The position numbers and the translations under genes were made by a program. The notes under the pieces are model-generated. The model saw nothing but the letters and a program-made list of their open reading frames with translations, searched no databases and was not told where the DNA came from. Positions 27,510 through 37,511 of a stretch of DNA of 64,000 nucleotides are shown here, in pieces. The stretch's first letter is position 1. Every line of letters starts with the position of its first letter. This stretch comes from an uncultured Thermoplasmata archaeon (GTDB lineage: Archaea; Thermoplasmatota; Thermoplasmata; UBA10834). The DNA is taken from positions 192,001 through 256,000 of the forward strand of contig CAVRDX010000004.1 in the NCBI GenBank assembly GCA_963719945.1, given 5' to 3'.

Positions 27510-27627
27510 CTGACTCAGCCTGAGGACTTGGCTGGCTATCTACTTCGCCGTATTTTAAAGGATTCGCGTCCATGTCGCCCGGGGAAATGATTTTATGTCA
27601 TTACGCCGGTCGAAGGGCGGTGTGAGG

Positions 27628-27975
27628 ATGGCTTCGGAAGAGGATATCATCAGTTCGGTGTTGAAGAGCACGAAATCCCTGTTGCAGTCGGAGACGCTCA
27701 TCGTCGATGCTGTCCAGGAGCTCGTGAAGGACGAGATCAAGAGGCACATGAGGGAGAGGCTCGACGCGGACCCTGCCTTGAGGGCGGAGCTGAAGAAAGC
27801 CATCGAGGAGATGCTCGAGGCGAAGCTCCACGAGGCATACGCCCTGCTGAAGATCGGCAAGTGCGGTGCCAAGCTCGGCATCTCCATGGTGCCTCCCGAG
27901 ATGCGGAAGGAGATAGGGCACGAGCTGGCGTCGATATTCGAGAAGGAAATGTCGAAGATTCTCGAACAGGATTGA
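27628..27975 (+). CDS. helical hypothetical protein (115 aa)
   Basis: Host-like codon usage, divergent from cdc6; no family recognised. Confidence 0.7.
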   Translation: MASEEDIISSVLKSTKSLLQSETLIVDAVQELVKDEIKRHMRERLDADPALRAELKKAIEEMLEAKLHEAYALLKIGKCGAKLGISMVPPEMRKEIGHELASIFEKEMSKILEQD

Positions 27976-28093
27976 GAAAATCAGACGTTCGCACAGCTGT
28001 GACTCTGCCTGATATAGGATAATGACCCATCCAAATTGGATGGATTAAGGGATTCAAATAAGAGGTTTGAAAGAACAGTGGTGAAGGGGGGTT

Positions 28094-28399
28094 TCAGCCG
28101 AAGAGCGCGCTAAGACCAGCTGCTGCCTCTTCCTCAGAGACTCCCTTTTCCTCTTTCTCTTCTTTCTTTTCTTCCTTCTTGTCGGCGGGTCCAGCAGCTG
28201 GTGCCGCAGCGGCCATTGGTGCAGCGACTGCAGTTGCGATCGCTTCGTCTATGTTGACACCATCGAGGGCCGCGGTCAATGCCTTGACGCGTGTCGCGTC
28301 TGGCGTGACACCGGCGGCCTTCAGGACGCTTGTTATGTTCTCTTCGGTCACCGGCTTCTTCGCCGCGTGCAGGACCATCGCGCTGTACACATACTCCAT
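28094..28399 (-). CDS. rpl12: 50S ribosomal protein L12 (P1)
   Basis: [11 protein letters not shown], acidic tail ending [10 protein letters not shown]. Confidence 0.97.
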   Translation of the reverse strand: MEYVYSAMVLHAAKKPVTEENITSVLKAAGVTPDATRVKALTAALDGVNIDEAIATAVAAPMAAAAPAAGPADKKEEKKEEKEEKGVSEEEAAAGLSALFG

Positions 28400-28420
28400 T
28401 CTTCTGCCTCCTTACATCGA

Positions 28421-29428
28421 TTATCCGAATAGTGCCCCGAGGCCGGCCGCAGCCTCATCCTCAGAGACCTTCTCTTCCTTCTTGTCCTCTTTCTTCTCCT
28501 TCTTGCCATCATCGGACTTCGGCTCTGATGGCTTAGGGGCTGCGCTCAGTATGCCCTTGAGCTCGTCGTCCAACCCCTCAGTGGGGACCTTGGACGCGAG
28601 GGACAACATCTGGGCGTTCGCCTTCGACAACATGAGCTTGATAGTCTCCTCATTCGCTATGTTCGCGTTGACTGCGAGGTTCAACGCGTTCATATGTGCC
28701 TTCGAAAGCATCGGTCTGATAGATACCGTAGTCGGGAAGGATACGAAGACTGCCAGGTTGAGGGCGCCGGCCGCAGCCTGCTTCACCATTGAAAGGTATG
28801 CCTCATCATCGATCGCGAGGACGTCCTTGCCGTATACAATACCGTTCTCGAATGCTGCGTGGAGATCGAGGCCCACAGTCATTGGGTATATCTCCAGCTT
28901 CGAGAGGACGAGTGCGACATCCCTGGATATCGTCTCGCCCTTCTTCACCAGTACCTTGTCCTTCTTGATGACCACTTTCCCCTGCTCGATTGCCGCAGGA
29001 AGTCCTGCCTTCTGCAGGTCTCCCACGATCGGGCCGGGCTTGAATGGCGTGTCGCCAGCCTTGATCTCGATGTCCTCTGGGGATATCTCCCCTCCCTTCG
29101 CGGGCATCTTGGTCTTGGTGGCGTCCAACTGCTTGAACAATTTGAATGGATTGAGTGAGGATATGACTACCGCGCACTGTCCGTCGACAGCATCGGTGAG
29201 CTTTTCGACCCCCTTGATCTGCTTCCCCACATCCTGCAGGGCCAGCTTCATCAAGGAGTTCTTGAGCATCATTATCTCGGCCGAGTCACGCAGGTTCGCC
29301 CTGATCGTCTGGAAAGCAGGCGCGGGAACCCCGTGTATGTCGACCACGCCGATGACCTTGCCCTTTGCTATCCTGGCGGATAGTTCGGCGACGGCCTGCT
29401 TCTTCTGACCTGCAACGTGCGCCGTCAT
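28421..29428 (-). CDS. rpl10: 50S ribosomal protein L10 (P0)
   Basis: KNSL, NPFKL, GDTPFKPGP, tail AAAGLGALFG. Confidence 0.96.
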   Translation of the reverse strand: MTAHVAGQKKQAVAELSARIAKGKVIGVVDIHGVPAPAFQTIRANLRDSAEIMMLKNSLMKLALQDVGKQIKGVEKLTDAVDGQCAVVISSLNPFKLFKQLDATKTKMPAKGGEISPEDIEIKAGDTPFKPGPIVGDLQKAGLPAAIEQGKVVIKKDKVLVKKGETISRDVALVLSKLEIYPMTVGLDLHAAFENGIVYGKDVLAIDDEAYLSMVKQAAAGALNLAVFVSFPTTVSIRPMLSKAHMNALNLAVNANIANEETIKLMLSKANAQMLSLASKVPTEGLDDELKGILSAAPKPSEPKSDDGKKEKKEDKKEEKVSEDEAAAGLGALFG

Positions 29429-29429
29429 C

Positions 29430-30068
29430 TCATATCACCTTGAATGAAGGGCCCATGGTCGTTTTGACATAGGCCGATCGGATGTTCATCTTGCCTCTCT
29501 CCAGCTTGGATGTCAGCCTCTTGATCACCGCATCGAGGTTCTCAGCGAGCTGTTCTGGAGTCATCTCCTTCGTTCCGATTGGCAGGTGAAAGGTCTTCTT
29601 GTCCCTCGTCCTGACGGTGACGCTCACCTTCAGCTTCTCTATGACCGTCTTCGGGTCCGAGCCTGGCGGGATCGGCTTCGGCATCTTGCCCCTGGGGGCG
29701 AGGATTATACCTAGCCTCTTACCGATCGTGGGCATCAGAGGTGCTTCGGCTACGAAGAAATCGTTCGCCCTGGCGAACTTCTTCGCCTTCGTCTTGTCCT
29801 TGGCTATCTCCTCGATCTCCTCTGGTTGTACGATTGCATCGGCGACGCCTTTGGCCTTCACTGCCATCTCAGAACCGCCGAATACGCCGACCTTGACCTC
29901 TCTCCCACGTCCGTGCGGGAGCATGACCTCCTCTTGTATCCTGTTCTTCGGATTGCTGAGGTCAATGTCCTTCAGGTTTATCGCGAGCTCGACCGATTCT
30001 ACAAAATTCCTTTTCTTGGACTCGGCCTGAAGCTTCTTCATGATTTCAATCAGATGTTGGTCTACCAC
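29430..30068 (-). CDS. rpl1: 50S ribosomal protein L1
   Basis: RNFVESVELAINLK, LAPRGKMPKP, YVKTTMGP. Confidence 0.97.
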   Translation of the reverse strand: MVDQHLIEIMKKLQAESKKRNFVESVELAINLKDIDLSNPKNRIQEEVMLPHGRGREVKVGVFGGSEMAVKAKGVADAIVQPEEIEEIAKDKTKAKKFARANDFFVAEAPLMPTIGKRLGIILAPRGKMPKPIPPGSDPKTVIEKLKVSVTVRTRDKKTFHLPIGTKEMTPEQLAENLDAVIKRLTSKLERGKMNIRSAYVKTTMGPSFKVI

Positions 30069-30082
30069 TGTGAACCCTCCGC

Positions 30083-30115
30083 TGTAGTCCCTGCGAGCAC
30101 GAAAGCTCTCCTACA
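30083..30115 (-). promoter_or_regulatory. putative L1-binding autoregulatory site in the rpl1 5' UTR
   Basis: mRNA UGUAG-GA-GAGC-UUUCGU-GCUC-GCAGGGA-CUACA: two stems with an asymmetric loop resembling the 23S L1 site, directly before the GGAGG RBS. Confidence 0.65.
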
Positions 30116-30281
30116 TGCCTAGGGAAATGAGCGAATGACGAATTGGTTTATAAGCCTTTCGTGTCCCCAATGTCGCCATCTGGCGACTGGCTAGAATCAG
30201 TCGGGGCTCTTCATGGCATCATCAGGCAAATGATTTAACGCTGCCGAGGCAATGCATAGCATGCCTTGGAGGGCGAGCAGG

Positions 30282-31685
30282 TTGGTTCGGAGGATAGTGA
30301 TAGTCGGCGCTGGTTGCGGCGGGGGTACGGCTGCCCAATTCGCGAGGAAGACGGACCGTGTGGCCGAGATTACAATGATAGAGCGAGAGAACTATCCACA
30401 GTATTCTCGTTGCGGTCTACCCTATGGCATATCCGGGGTCATACCGGAGCTTACGAACCTGATCGAGGCACCCGAGGAGCGATTGAAGAAGAACAGGATA
30501 GGTCTCATGCTCGGCACCGAGGTCACTTCCGTTGATCCAGGATCAAAAGTGGTCCACGCTAGGAAGTCCGATGGTGAGGGGGTCGAACTCCCTTACGACA
30601 GCCTGATCTTGGCGACGGGCGCGATGGCTTGGGTGCCAAACATCAAGGGCGCGTTCAAGGAAGGCAGCGAGGAGTTGAAGCAGGGCGTCTTCGTACTTCG
30701 GACGATCGAGGATGCCAGGGGGATACAATCCCTGGCGTCCAAAGGCAAGCGAGCAGTGGTCGTGGGTGCGGGCCTGGTCGGGTTGGAGGTGGCAGAGGCC
30801 CTCATGGTCCGCGGATGCAAGGTGACCATAATCGAGTACCTGTCAAACTGCATACTCGCGATGGTCGATGATGACATGGCCCAGATGATGGCCGATGCCA
30901 TCAGGCGACATGATGTGAAGATGTTCAACGAGTTCGAGGTCACCGAGATACTTGGCGATGACCACGCGAACTGTGTGGTCGCAGTCGACCGTAAGACCAA
31001 GGAGGAGCGGACGTTCTACGCCGATGTGATAGTCATAGCCACCGGCCAGAGGGGAGAGACCAAACTGGCCAAGCAGGTCGGGTGCGATGTCGGGGACACC
31101 AAGCAGATCGTCGTTGATGACAGGTGCGAGACATGCATGAAAGGCGTCTTCTCCGTTGGTGATTGCACGGAGTATCCTGATCTGATAACTGGAAAGCCGA
31201 CCGTGAGCGGATTGGGCACGATAGCCGTCAAGATGGCCATGGTGGCCGGCATCAACGCCGCGGGAGGGGACGAGAGGCTGCCGAAAGGTTTCCTGCAGAC
31301 TAGGGCAACGGAACCTTTCGGATGTCAGGTGGCTGCAGTTGGGCCAACATCCGCGCAGCTGGAGCAGCACGGCATCAAGCCGATCATCGGCAAGGTCCGA
31401 GGGTTCACGTTGCCAGACTACTATCCTGGCCGGAAGGAAATATACGTCAAAGTCCTCGCACACCCGGACGATGGGAAGATACTGGGCGCTCAGATAGTCG
31501 GGGAGGACAGGGTTCACATGCGGGTTAACGCGTACGCAGTCGCCCTACAGGCGGGCATGACGGTGCACGAGTTCGCGCAGCTGGAGACCGCATATTGTCC
31601 TCCCGCAGCGCCAACCATGGACGTGATCACGATCGCATGCGAGGCTGTCAGACTTAAGCTCGCCAGAGGCGCAGCTAAGAGTTGA
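30282..31685 (+). CDS. FAD-dependent pyridine nucleotide-disulfide oxidoreductase (NADH oxidase / CoA-disulfide reductase family)
   Basis: GAGCGG, YSRCGLPY redox Cys, LILATG, VGAGLVGLE, GDC, AYCPP; TTG start with GGAGG. Confidence 0.9.
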   Translation: MVRRIVIVGAGCGGGTAAQFARKTDRVAEITMIERENYPQYSRCGLPYGISGVIPELTNLIEAPEERLKKNRIGLMLGTEVTSVDPGSKVVHARKSDGEGVELPYDSLILATGAMAWVPNIKGAFKEGSEELKQGVFVLRTIEDARGIQSLASKGKRAVVVGAGLVGLEVAEALMVRGCKVTIIEYLSNCILAMVDDDMAQMMADAIRRHDVKMFNEFEVTEILGDDHANCVVAVDRKTKEERTFYADVIVIATGQRGETKLAKQVGCDVGDTKQIVVDDRCETCMKGVFSVGDCTEYPDLITGKPTVSGLGTIAVKMAMVAGINAAGGDERLPKGFLQTRATEPFGCQVAAVGPTSAQLEQHGIKPIIGKVRGFTLPDYYPGRKEIYVKVLAHPDDGKILGAQIVGEDRVHMRVNAYAVALQAGMTVHEFAQLETAYCPPAAPTMDVITIACEAVRLKLARGAAKS

Positions 31686-31710
31686 CACTCCCTACATGAG
31701 CCAGGTGGTC

Positions 31711-32184
31711 TTAGAAAACGCCCGCGTAGCCGCCAGCGTCCATTTCCTTAATGAGGTCCTTGGGGTCCTTGCCATCCACGGTCACTCCCATGGACACGCA
31801 TGTTCCGACGACCTCTCTGAACCTGGACTTCTTGTCCTTGCCCAGCATCGAGTCCTTCTTCATCTCTGCGATCTTCAGAGCCTGCTGGATGCTCAGGTTG
31901 CCGACCTTGGTCGACTTGGGGCTGCCGCTCCCCTTCTCGATCTTGATCTCCTTCAAGATCAGCGCGGTCGTGGGCGGCGTACCAACCTTGATCTCAAAAC
32001 CCTTCGTCTTGGGATCGACGGTGAGTGTGATTGGCACTTTCATGCCTGCGAAAGCCTTCGTCTTCTCGTTGATTGCGTTTACTACCTGTATCACGTTGAC
32101 TCCCATTGGACCGAGCGCCGGACCAAGTGGTGGTCCAGGTGTTGCTTTTCCCCCGTCCACTAGGACTTCGAGTTTCTCTGCCAT
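31711..32184 (-). CDS. rpl11: 50S ribosomal protein L11
   Basis: [23 protein letters not shown]. Confidence 0.97.
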   Translation of the reverse strand: MAEKLEVLVDGGKATPGPPLGPALGPMGVNVIQVVNAINEKTKAFAGMKVPITLTVDPKTKGFEIKVGTPPTTALILKEIKIEKGSGSPKSTKVGNLSIQQALKIAEMKKDSMLGKDKKSRFREVVGTCVSMGVTVDGKDPKDLIKEMDAGGYAGVF

Positions 32185-32189
32185 TGAGC

Positions 32190-33107
32190 TCACTTCTCCT
32201 TTTCAAGAACTCGGACGTGGTCTCCCCGTATCGTCACCGGGATCGGGACCATCGCCTCGAATAGTTCGACTGTTATCTCTTCCTTGTTCTGATCGATCTG
32301 CTGGACCCTGGCCTTCTCACCCTTGAACGGTCCAGCTATGAGTTCGACTATGTCTCCCTCGACTATGCCGGCCACGATCGGCTTCGGCGTCAGGAAGTGC
32401 TCGATCTCGGCGAAGGTGGTCTCTCCCTTGACCATGCCTCTCGTACGCCTTACTCCCTTCACCACTTCCCTGAGGGCGTCCGTGTTCATCGCCTCGACGA
32501 AGACGTAGCCCCGGATAGTCGCCGGCGACAGGATCGCGAACACTCCCATCGGCTTCGGTTTCGCTCTGCTGGCGATGGAGTCTGCGACCGTCTTCTCGTG
32601 ACCTATGGATGTCTTGACTGCCAGGATCGACTGTCTGGCCGTGGCCTGAATCGTGACGACGTCGTTGACGCCAGGATCGTCCTTCAGAGCCGCGCTGATC
32701 AGCACGGTCACCTTGTCTCCGAACCTAGCACCAGAAGGCGAGTTGATCCTCAGGGTGAAGTTCTTCTCCTCGCCAGGCATGATGTCGAAAGAGGCTTCGT
32801 TGGTCTGATCGGCCGTTGGCGTGTTCTCCCAGACAACACCCACCGCGTCGTAGAGTTTGACGAACCATTCCGGTGAGCCTTCCTCGGTCGCGGAGAAGAC
32901 AGTATCGATCTTCAAAGAAACCGAATGAGTCTGCCCGTCGTCCATGATTTTCAGGTTCATCTCGCACTCGGTCGAATCGCCCGATGGGACCGACCTCTTG
33001 GTCTCCCCTTGGATGACGAACTGCAGATTCTTCGAGCCAGATGGTGCAGGGCGGTGCTCCTCCTTCTTCGGCTCCTGCTTTTTTGGATTTACATCAAACA
33101 ATCCCAA
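32190..33107 (-). CDS. spt5: transcription elongation factor Spt5 with a long N-terminal extension
   Basis: C-terminal NGN (RGYVFVEA) and KOW ([16 protein letters not shown]); probable TTG start at 33107. Confidence 0.92.
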   Translation of the reverse strand: MGLFDVNPKKQEPKKEEHRPAPSGSKNLQFVIQGETKRSVPSGDSTECEMNLKIMDDGQTHSVSLKIDTVFSATEEGSPEWFVKLYDAVGVVWENTPTADQTNEASFDIMPGEEKNFTLRINSPSGARFGDKVTVLISAALKDDPGVNDVVTIQATARQSILAVKTSIGHEKTVADSIASRAKPKPMGVFAILSPATIRGYVFVEAMNTDALREVVKGVRRTRGMVKGETTFAEIEHFLTPKPIVAGIVEGDIVELIAGPFKGEKARVQQIDQNKEEITVELFEAMVPIPVTIRGDHVRVLEKEK

Positions 33108-33141
33108 AATAATCCCTCGTATCTCATAGTGTGCTGAAACC

Positions 33142-33381
33142 TCAGCTGAACGCCTTGACAATCATATCGGAACCGTATTCGAATATCCAATAGATCAGGA
33201 ACCCCAGCCCTCCGATCAGTACCAGTCCTATGGCGACTGTCTGAGTGACCTTGATGTACTCCTCACCTGTCGGCTTGCGCGCCATCTTCAGCACTCTGCC
33301 GTACTTGCCCTTTCCGACATGCTTGGTCTTCTCCTCGATCTTCCTCTGAAGATCCCAGGATTTGTCAACTATGTCTGCCAT
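33142..33381 (-). CDS. secE: protein translocase SecE / Sec61-gamma
   Basis: YGRVLKMARKPT.EEY plus one TM helix. Confidence 0.93.
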   Translation of the reverse strand: MADIVDKSWDLQRKIEEKTKHVGKGKYGRVLKMARKPTGEEYIKVTQTVAIGLVLIGGLGFLIYWIFEYGSDMIVKAFS

Positions 33382-33403
33382 CTTGTTCCTATCCTATTCA
33401 CAT

Positions 33404-34507
33404 CTACTTGATGAAATCCAGCCCCATCGCCTCGTTCTTCCTGTTCTTCTTGGGGCCCAGGATGTGCCTGGATTTCACTCCGGTTATGACGACCATGACC
33501 CTCACAGTCCTTTCGAGGGTCTCATCGATGGCCGCACCCCAGATGATCCTCGCACCCGGGCTGATCTTAGATTGGATGACTTCGGCGACCTGTTCGGCCT
33601 CGCTCACGGTCATGTCGGAGCCTCCCGTGACATTGACGAGCGCTGCGGTCGCTTCTGATATGTCCAGCTCTATCAACGGTGAGTTGATTGCTTCGGTGAC
33701 CGCTGCCACAGCCCTGTCGTCGTCGTCCGACTCGCCCAGTCCTATCATGGCGACTCCGCCAGCCTTCATGACGGTCTTGATATCGTTGAAATCCAGGTTT
33801 ACCAGTCCGGGTTTTGTGACTATTTCCGTGATGCCCTTTATGGACCTCATCAGGACCTCGTCCGCTACCTTGAACGCCGCGTTGAGGGATAGCTTGGGGA
33901 CGATCTCCAGTAGCTTGTCGTTAGGTATCACAATGACTGTGTCCGCGACGCTCCTGAGCCTGTCCAATCCCCATTCCGCATTCTCGGCCCTTATCGAGCC
34001 TTCCGCCTGGAACGGGTATGTGCATATTGCGATCGTGAGCGCTCCGCACTCCTTCGCCACCTGAGCGACGAACGGTGCAGAACCGGTCCCGGTACCGCCA
34101 CCGAGTCCGCATGTGATGAATACTATATCAGCTCCGACGACGGATTTCTTGATCTCTTCCTCCGCCTCCCTGGCAGCCTCCTCGCCGACCTGCGGCAAGG
34201 CGCCCGCCCCGAGCCCTCTGGTGACACGCCTTCCGAGGAGTATCTTGTGTGGTGCGCGCGTCATCAGGAGGTGCTGAGCGTCTGTGTTAGCAGCGTACAG
34301 TTCAGCTCCGATGATGCCCGCCTCGGCAAGCCTGTTTATCGTGTTGGAGCCGCCGCCACCGCAGCCGAAGATCCTGATTGTGGTCTTCAGACCTTGCAGT
34401 ATCTTCTGCAACTCCTCATCTTCCGCCGTGAAGGATTGGAAACCTTCCGGTCTCTTCATCTGATTTTCTTCAATTGCTATGAGGGCACTGTCGACGAGGG
34501 ACTTCAT
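33404..34507 (-). CDS. ftsZ: cell division protein FtsZ (FtsZ1-type, copy A)
   Basis: [33 protein letters not shown]. Confidence 0.96.
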   Translation of the reverse strand: MKSLVDSALIAIEENQMKRPEGFQSFTAEDEELQKILQGLKTTIRIFGCGGGGSNTINRLAEAGIIGAELYAANTDAQHLLMTRAPHKILLGRRVTRGLGAGALPQVGEEAAREAEEEIKKSVVGADIVFITCGLGGGTGTGSAPFVAQVAKECGALTIAICTYPFQAEGSIRAENAEWGLDRLRSVADTVIVIPNDKLLEIVPKLSLNAAFKVADEVLMRSIKGITEIVTKPGLVNLDFNDIKTVMKAGGVAMIGLGESDDDDRAVAAVTEAINSPLIELDISEATAALVNVTGGSDMTVSEAEQVAEVIQSKISPGARIIWGAAIDETLERTVRVMVVITGVKSRHILGPKKNRKNEAMGLDFIK

Positions 34508-34634
34508 CTCGGGCCTCCGTGGCATTGTACACGTATAGTGAACGTGACAAAGTGGCAACGGCGAGCCAAGCTCACCGGTTGAGTGGACCGTAGCTGATTG
34601 GGTATCTTAAACGTTTCGGAGATATTTTGGGGCG

Positions 34635-35756
34635 TCAGCGGACCAAATCCACCTCGCCGATGCCCTTGTATCTCTTCTCCGTCGGCTTCCCGAGTATCTG
34701 AGCCGACTTGACTCCCGTAGCAACTATCATGACCCGGACGGTCTTGTCCAAGGCAGGGTCCACCGCCGCTCCCCATATTATGCGGGCGTTCGGTCCCACA
34801 CGCGCCTGTATCTCTTCCGCGGCGCGCTCCGCCTCTGATATCGTCATGTCCGTTCCACCTATGACATCGATTAGCACGCCATTGGCCTCGCTTATGTCGA
34901 CATCGAGGAGCGGTGAGTTGATCGCTTGTTCTATCGCTTCCATGATCCTATCGTCGCCGGGGGCATCCGATTCTCCGAGCCCGATCATTGCGACTCCGGC
35001 ACCCTTCATTATGGTCTTGACATCGTTGAAGTCGAGGTTCACCAGACCCGGTCTCGTTATGACCTCGGTGAGTCCCTTTATGGATCTCATCAAAACCTCA
35101 TCTGCTACCTTGAACGCCGCGTTGAGTGAGAGTCTCGGGACGACCTCGAGCAGTTTGTCGTTGGGTATTACAATGACGGTGTCAGCGGCATCCCTGAGCT
35201 TGTCCAGCCCCCATTCCGCGTTCTCCATCCTCATCTTGCCTTCTCCCTTGAACGGGAGCGTGGCGACAGCGATGGTGAGTGCACCCATCTCCTTGGCCAT
35301 GCGCGCGACGACGGATGCCGCGCCCGTCCCGGTACCGCCACCGAGACCGCAGGTGATGAAGCAGATGTGAGTGTCGGTGAGGATCTTCTTGAGCTCGTCC
35401 TCCGCCTCTCTCGCAGCCTCTTCACCTATCTGTGGGAGTGCACCTGCACCCAAGCCCCTCGTGACCCTGCGGCCCAAGAGGATCTTATGAGGTACCCTGA
35501 GAACGAGGAGATGTTGAGCATCCGTGTTGGCTGCGTACAGCTCCGCACCTATGATACCTTCATCATGAATCCTTGCAACAGTGTTGGTTCCACCTCCACC
35601 AACACCTATGATCTTGATGTTTGTCTTGAGACTCCGCAATATCTGCTCGAGCTCTGCGTCCACTCTTTGATCCTGACCCAGCATCCCCGCTTCGGCGATA
35701 CCAGTCCCAGGGCTTGCCTCTCTTGCGATTGCGTCTTCGACGAGTGATCTCATCAT
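34635..35756 (-). CDS. ftsZ: cell division protein FtsZ (FtsZ1-type, copy B)
   Basis: Same motifs; tandem paralogue of the adjacent copy. Confidence 0.96.
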   Translation of the reverse strand: MMRSLVEDAIAREASPGTGIAEAGMLGQDQRVDAELEQILRSLKTNIKIIGVGGGGTNTVARIHDEGIIGAELYAANTDAQHLLVLRVPHKILLGRRVTRGLGAGALPQIGEEAAREAEDELKKILTDTHICFITCGLGGGTGTGAASVVARMAKEMGALTIAVATLPFKGEGKMRMENAEWGLDKLRDAADTVIVIPNDKLLEVVPRLSLNAAFKVADEVLMRSIKGLTEVITRPGLVNLDFNDVKTIMKGAGVAMIGLGESDAPGDDRIMEAIEQAINSPLLDVDISEANGVLIDVIGGTDMTISEAERAAEEIQARVGPNARIIWGAAVDPALDKTVRVMIVATGVKSAQILGKPTEKRYKGIGEVDLVR

Positions 35757-35963
35757 GTTGTTTCACCCCTATCAGAGGCGACAGCGTCTGTCTCGCTACG
35801 CCACTGGCTAGTGCATCCCACGCGCGCGTCGCGTACGTGATAAAATCGCGATGTGAGTATAAAAAATGTTCGCAAACTGATAGATGACCACAAGTGCCGA
35901 CGATTCTCTCGCGGAGGTATATCGCGCGCAATCTTTTTCCAGAGATACATAGATTTGATTTAA

Positions 35964-36239
35964 GTGAAGATACGCGCACACGTCGTTTTCGAAGGGCTCG
36001 TGCAGGGAGTGTTCTTCCGAGCGAACGCTCAGATATGCGCTCGACGCCACGGATTGACTGGATGGGTCAGGAACTTGTCCGATGGGAGGGTGGAGGCAGT
36101 GTTCGAGGGCGATGAGGGATCGGTCGATTCGGCGATAGAGTGGTGCTCCAACAGGCAGCCGCACGCGAAGGTTGAGCGGAGCACGGTCGACAAGTCAGAA
36201 CCGACCGGTGAGTACGGTGATTTCTCGATCACGCATTGA
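35964..36239 (+). CDS. acyP: acylphosphatase
   Basis: GLVQGVFFR, GWVRNLSDGRVE. Confidence 0.95.
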   Translation: MKIRAHVVFEGLVQGVFFRANAQICARRHGLTGWVRNLSDGRVEAVFEGDEGSVDSAIEWCSNRQPHAKVERSTVDKSEPTGEYGDFSITH

Positions 36240-36245
36240 ACCGGA

Positions 36246-37433
36246 TCACTTGACGATGATTATCGATGCGAGCGCGACCGCGGCGACGGTCATGCAGATC
36301 GAGGGGTCGGCCCCGACCAATAGCACTGCGATCAGGATCGCAATCCCGACACATTTGCCCGCGCTCAGATAGAATTCCCGGAGGAGCACACCCTTCTTCT
36401 TGAAACGCTCCAGCTTGTCGACCAGCATCGTGAATAGGAACGATGGTATCATGGCGATCCAGAAGTACGCCAAGCTCATGGCTGACAGGTACTCTCCGGG
36501 CCCGTTCGAGTAAGCAGCGTACAATGTGCTTATGGCTCCGAATGCCGCTCCTATCCTGACGATCGAAGTCCTGTCCTTCAGACGGTCCGACAGATAACCT
36601 AGCACTACGGTGGTCACCGCTCCCCAGAATGCAAACAGGGCGAGATAGCCGCTGAGAGTCACCTCGGATTTCGCGAACTCGAAGCTGATGAGCGGTACAA
36701 GCACCCAGAATATCCCGTCCTGTATCCCCTCGGCGAAGAGGGATGATTTGAGCCTCCAGCTCACCCCTTTCATGTCAAGGTCCACGTGCAGTTTCCCCAC
36801 CAAGTTGACCTTCATCGACTGGAGCAGTTCAGGTATGATGATCCGTTGCCTCAGCTCTGTGAATACGCCGAAGCCGGATATGTAGACCAAGTTGCAGATT
36901 ACGATGACCGCGGCAATGGCGAAGAGGACCTGGTACGAGCTGATCCCTATGATGAGTCCACCCGCGAGCGGAGCCGTGGTCGACACCAGCGGGAATATGA
37001 GGAAATATGCGCCCACTCCCGCACCTCTCTTCTTCCTCGAAGTTATGTGCATTATGAGCGCGTTGTAGGGTACCCAGAATGTGGCCATGTATGTCCCGAA
37101 GAAGATCGGTGGTATGAGTATCAGGTACCATCCTTCCAGGAACATTAGTAATATGTAGTATACGACGAGACAAACGAGCGCGGTCTCGATGGATGCAGGG
37201 AAACTGCGCATTATCGGTCTTGCCGCGAACGCTATCAAAGCGGTCGTCATGACCACGCTGACGAGGATGAACAGGGCGCATTGCTGATAGTCTGCCCCGC
37301 TCTTGTAGAGGTATATCAGGGCGAAGGCATTCGCCATCGTGTTGGATATGGCCACGAGAGTCTGCAGGATGATGAGCGAGCCATGCCTGTGAGACATCTC
37401 CAGGATGTAGTGTTTGAATTGAGAGCCCTGCAT
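36246..37433 (-). CDS. MFS-type transporter
   Basis: About 12 TM segments, GYLSDRLKDR; GGTGA RBS before ATG 37433. Confidence 0.8.
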   Translation of the reverse strand: MQGSQFKHYILEMSHRHGSLIILQTLVAISNTMANAFALIYLYKSGADYQQCALFILVSVVMTTALIAFAARPIMRSFPASIETALVCLVVYYILLMFLEGWYLILIPPIFFGTYMATFWVPYNALIMHITSRKKRGAGVGAYFLIFPLVSTTAPLAGGLIIGISSYQVLFAIAAVIVICNLVYISGFGVFTELRQRIIIPELLQSMKVNLVGKLHVDLDMKGVSWRLKSSLFAEGIQDGIFWVLVPLISFEFAKSEVTLSGYLALFAFWGAVTTVVLGYLSDRLKDRTSIVRIGAAFGAISTLYAAYSNGPGEYLSAMSLAYFWIAMIPSFLFTMLVDKLERFKKKGVLLREFYLSAGKCVGIAILIAVLLVGADPSICMTVAAVALASIIIVK

Positions 37434-37511
37434 GATATCACCTATCTCTCCGCCGACTGCCAATCGGTATCTGCCGCATGCTCAAATCAGTCTTTCTATC
37501 GCGACCCAACA

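Noticed and set aside
26272-27627. Replication origin next to cdc6
   Set aside because: The flanking intergenic regions are short and show no repeated ORB-like motif or extended AT-rich unwinding element.
28179-29408. Long antisense or alternate-frame ORFs (also 209-1156, 23822-25015, 60598-61716 and others)
   Set aside because: These are shadows of well-supported genes caused by codon bias; they carry no motifs or RBS.
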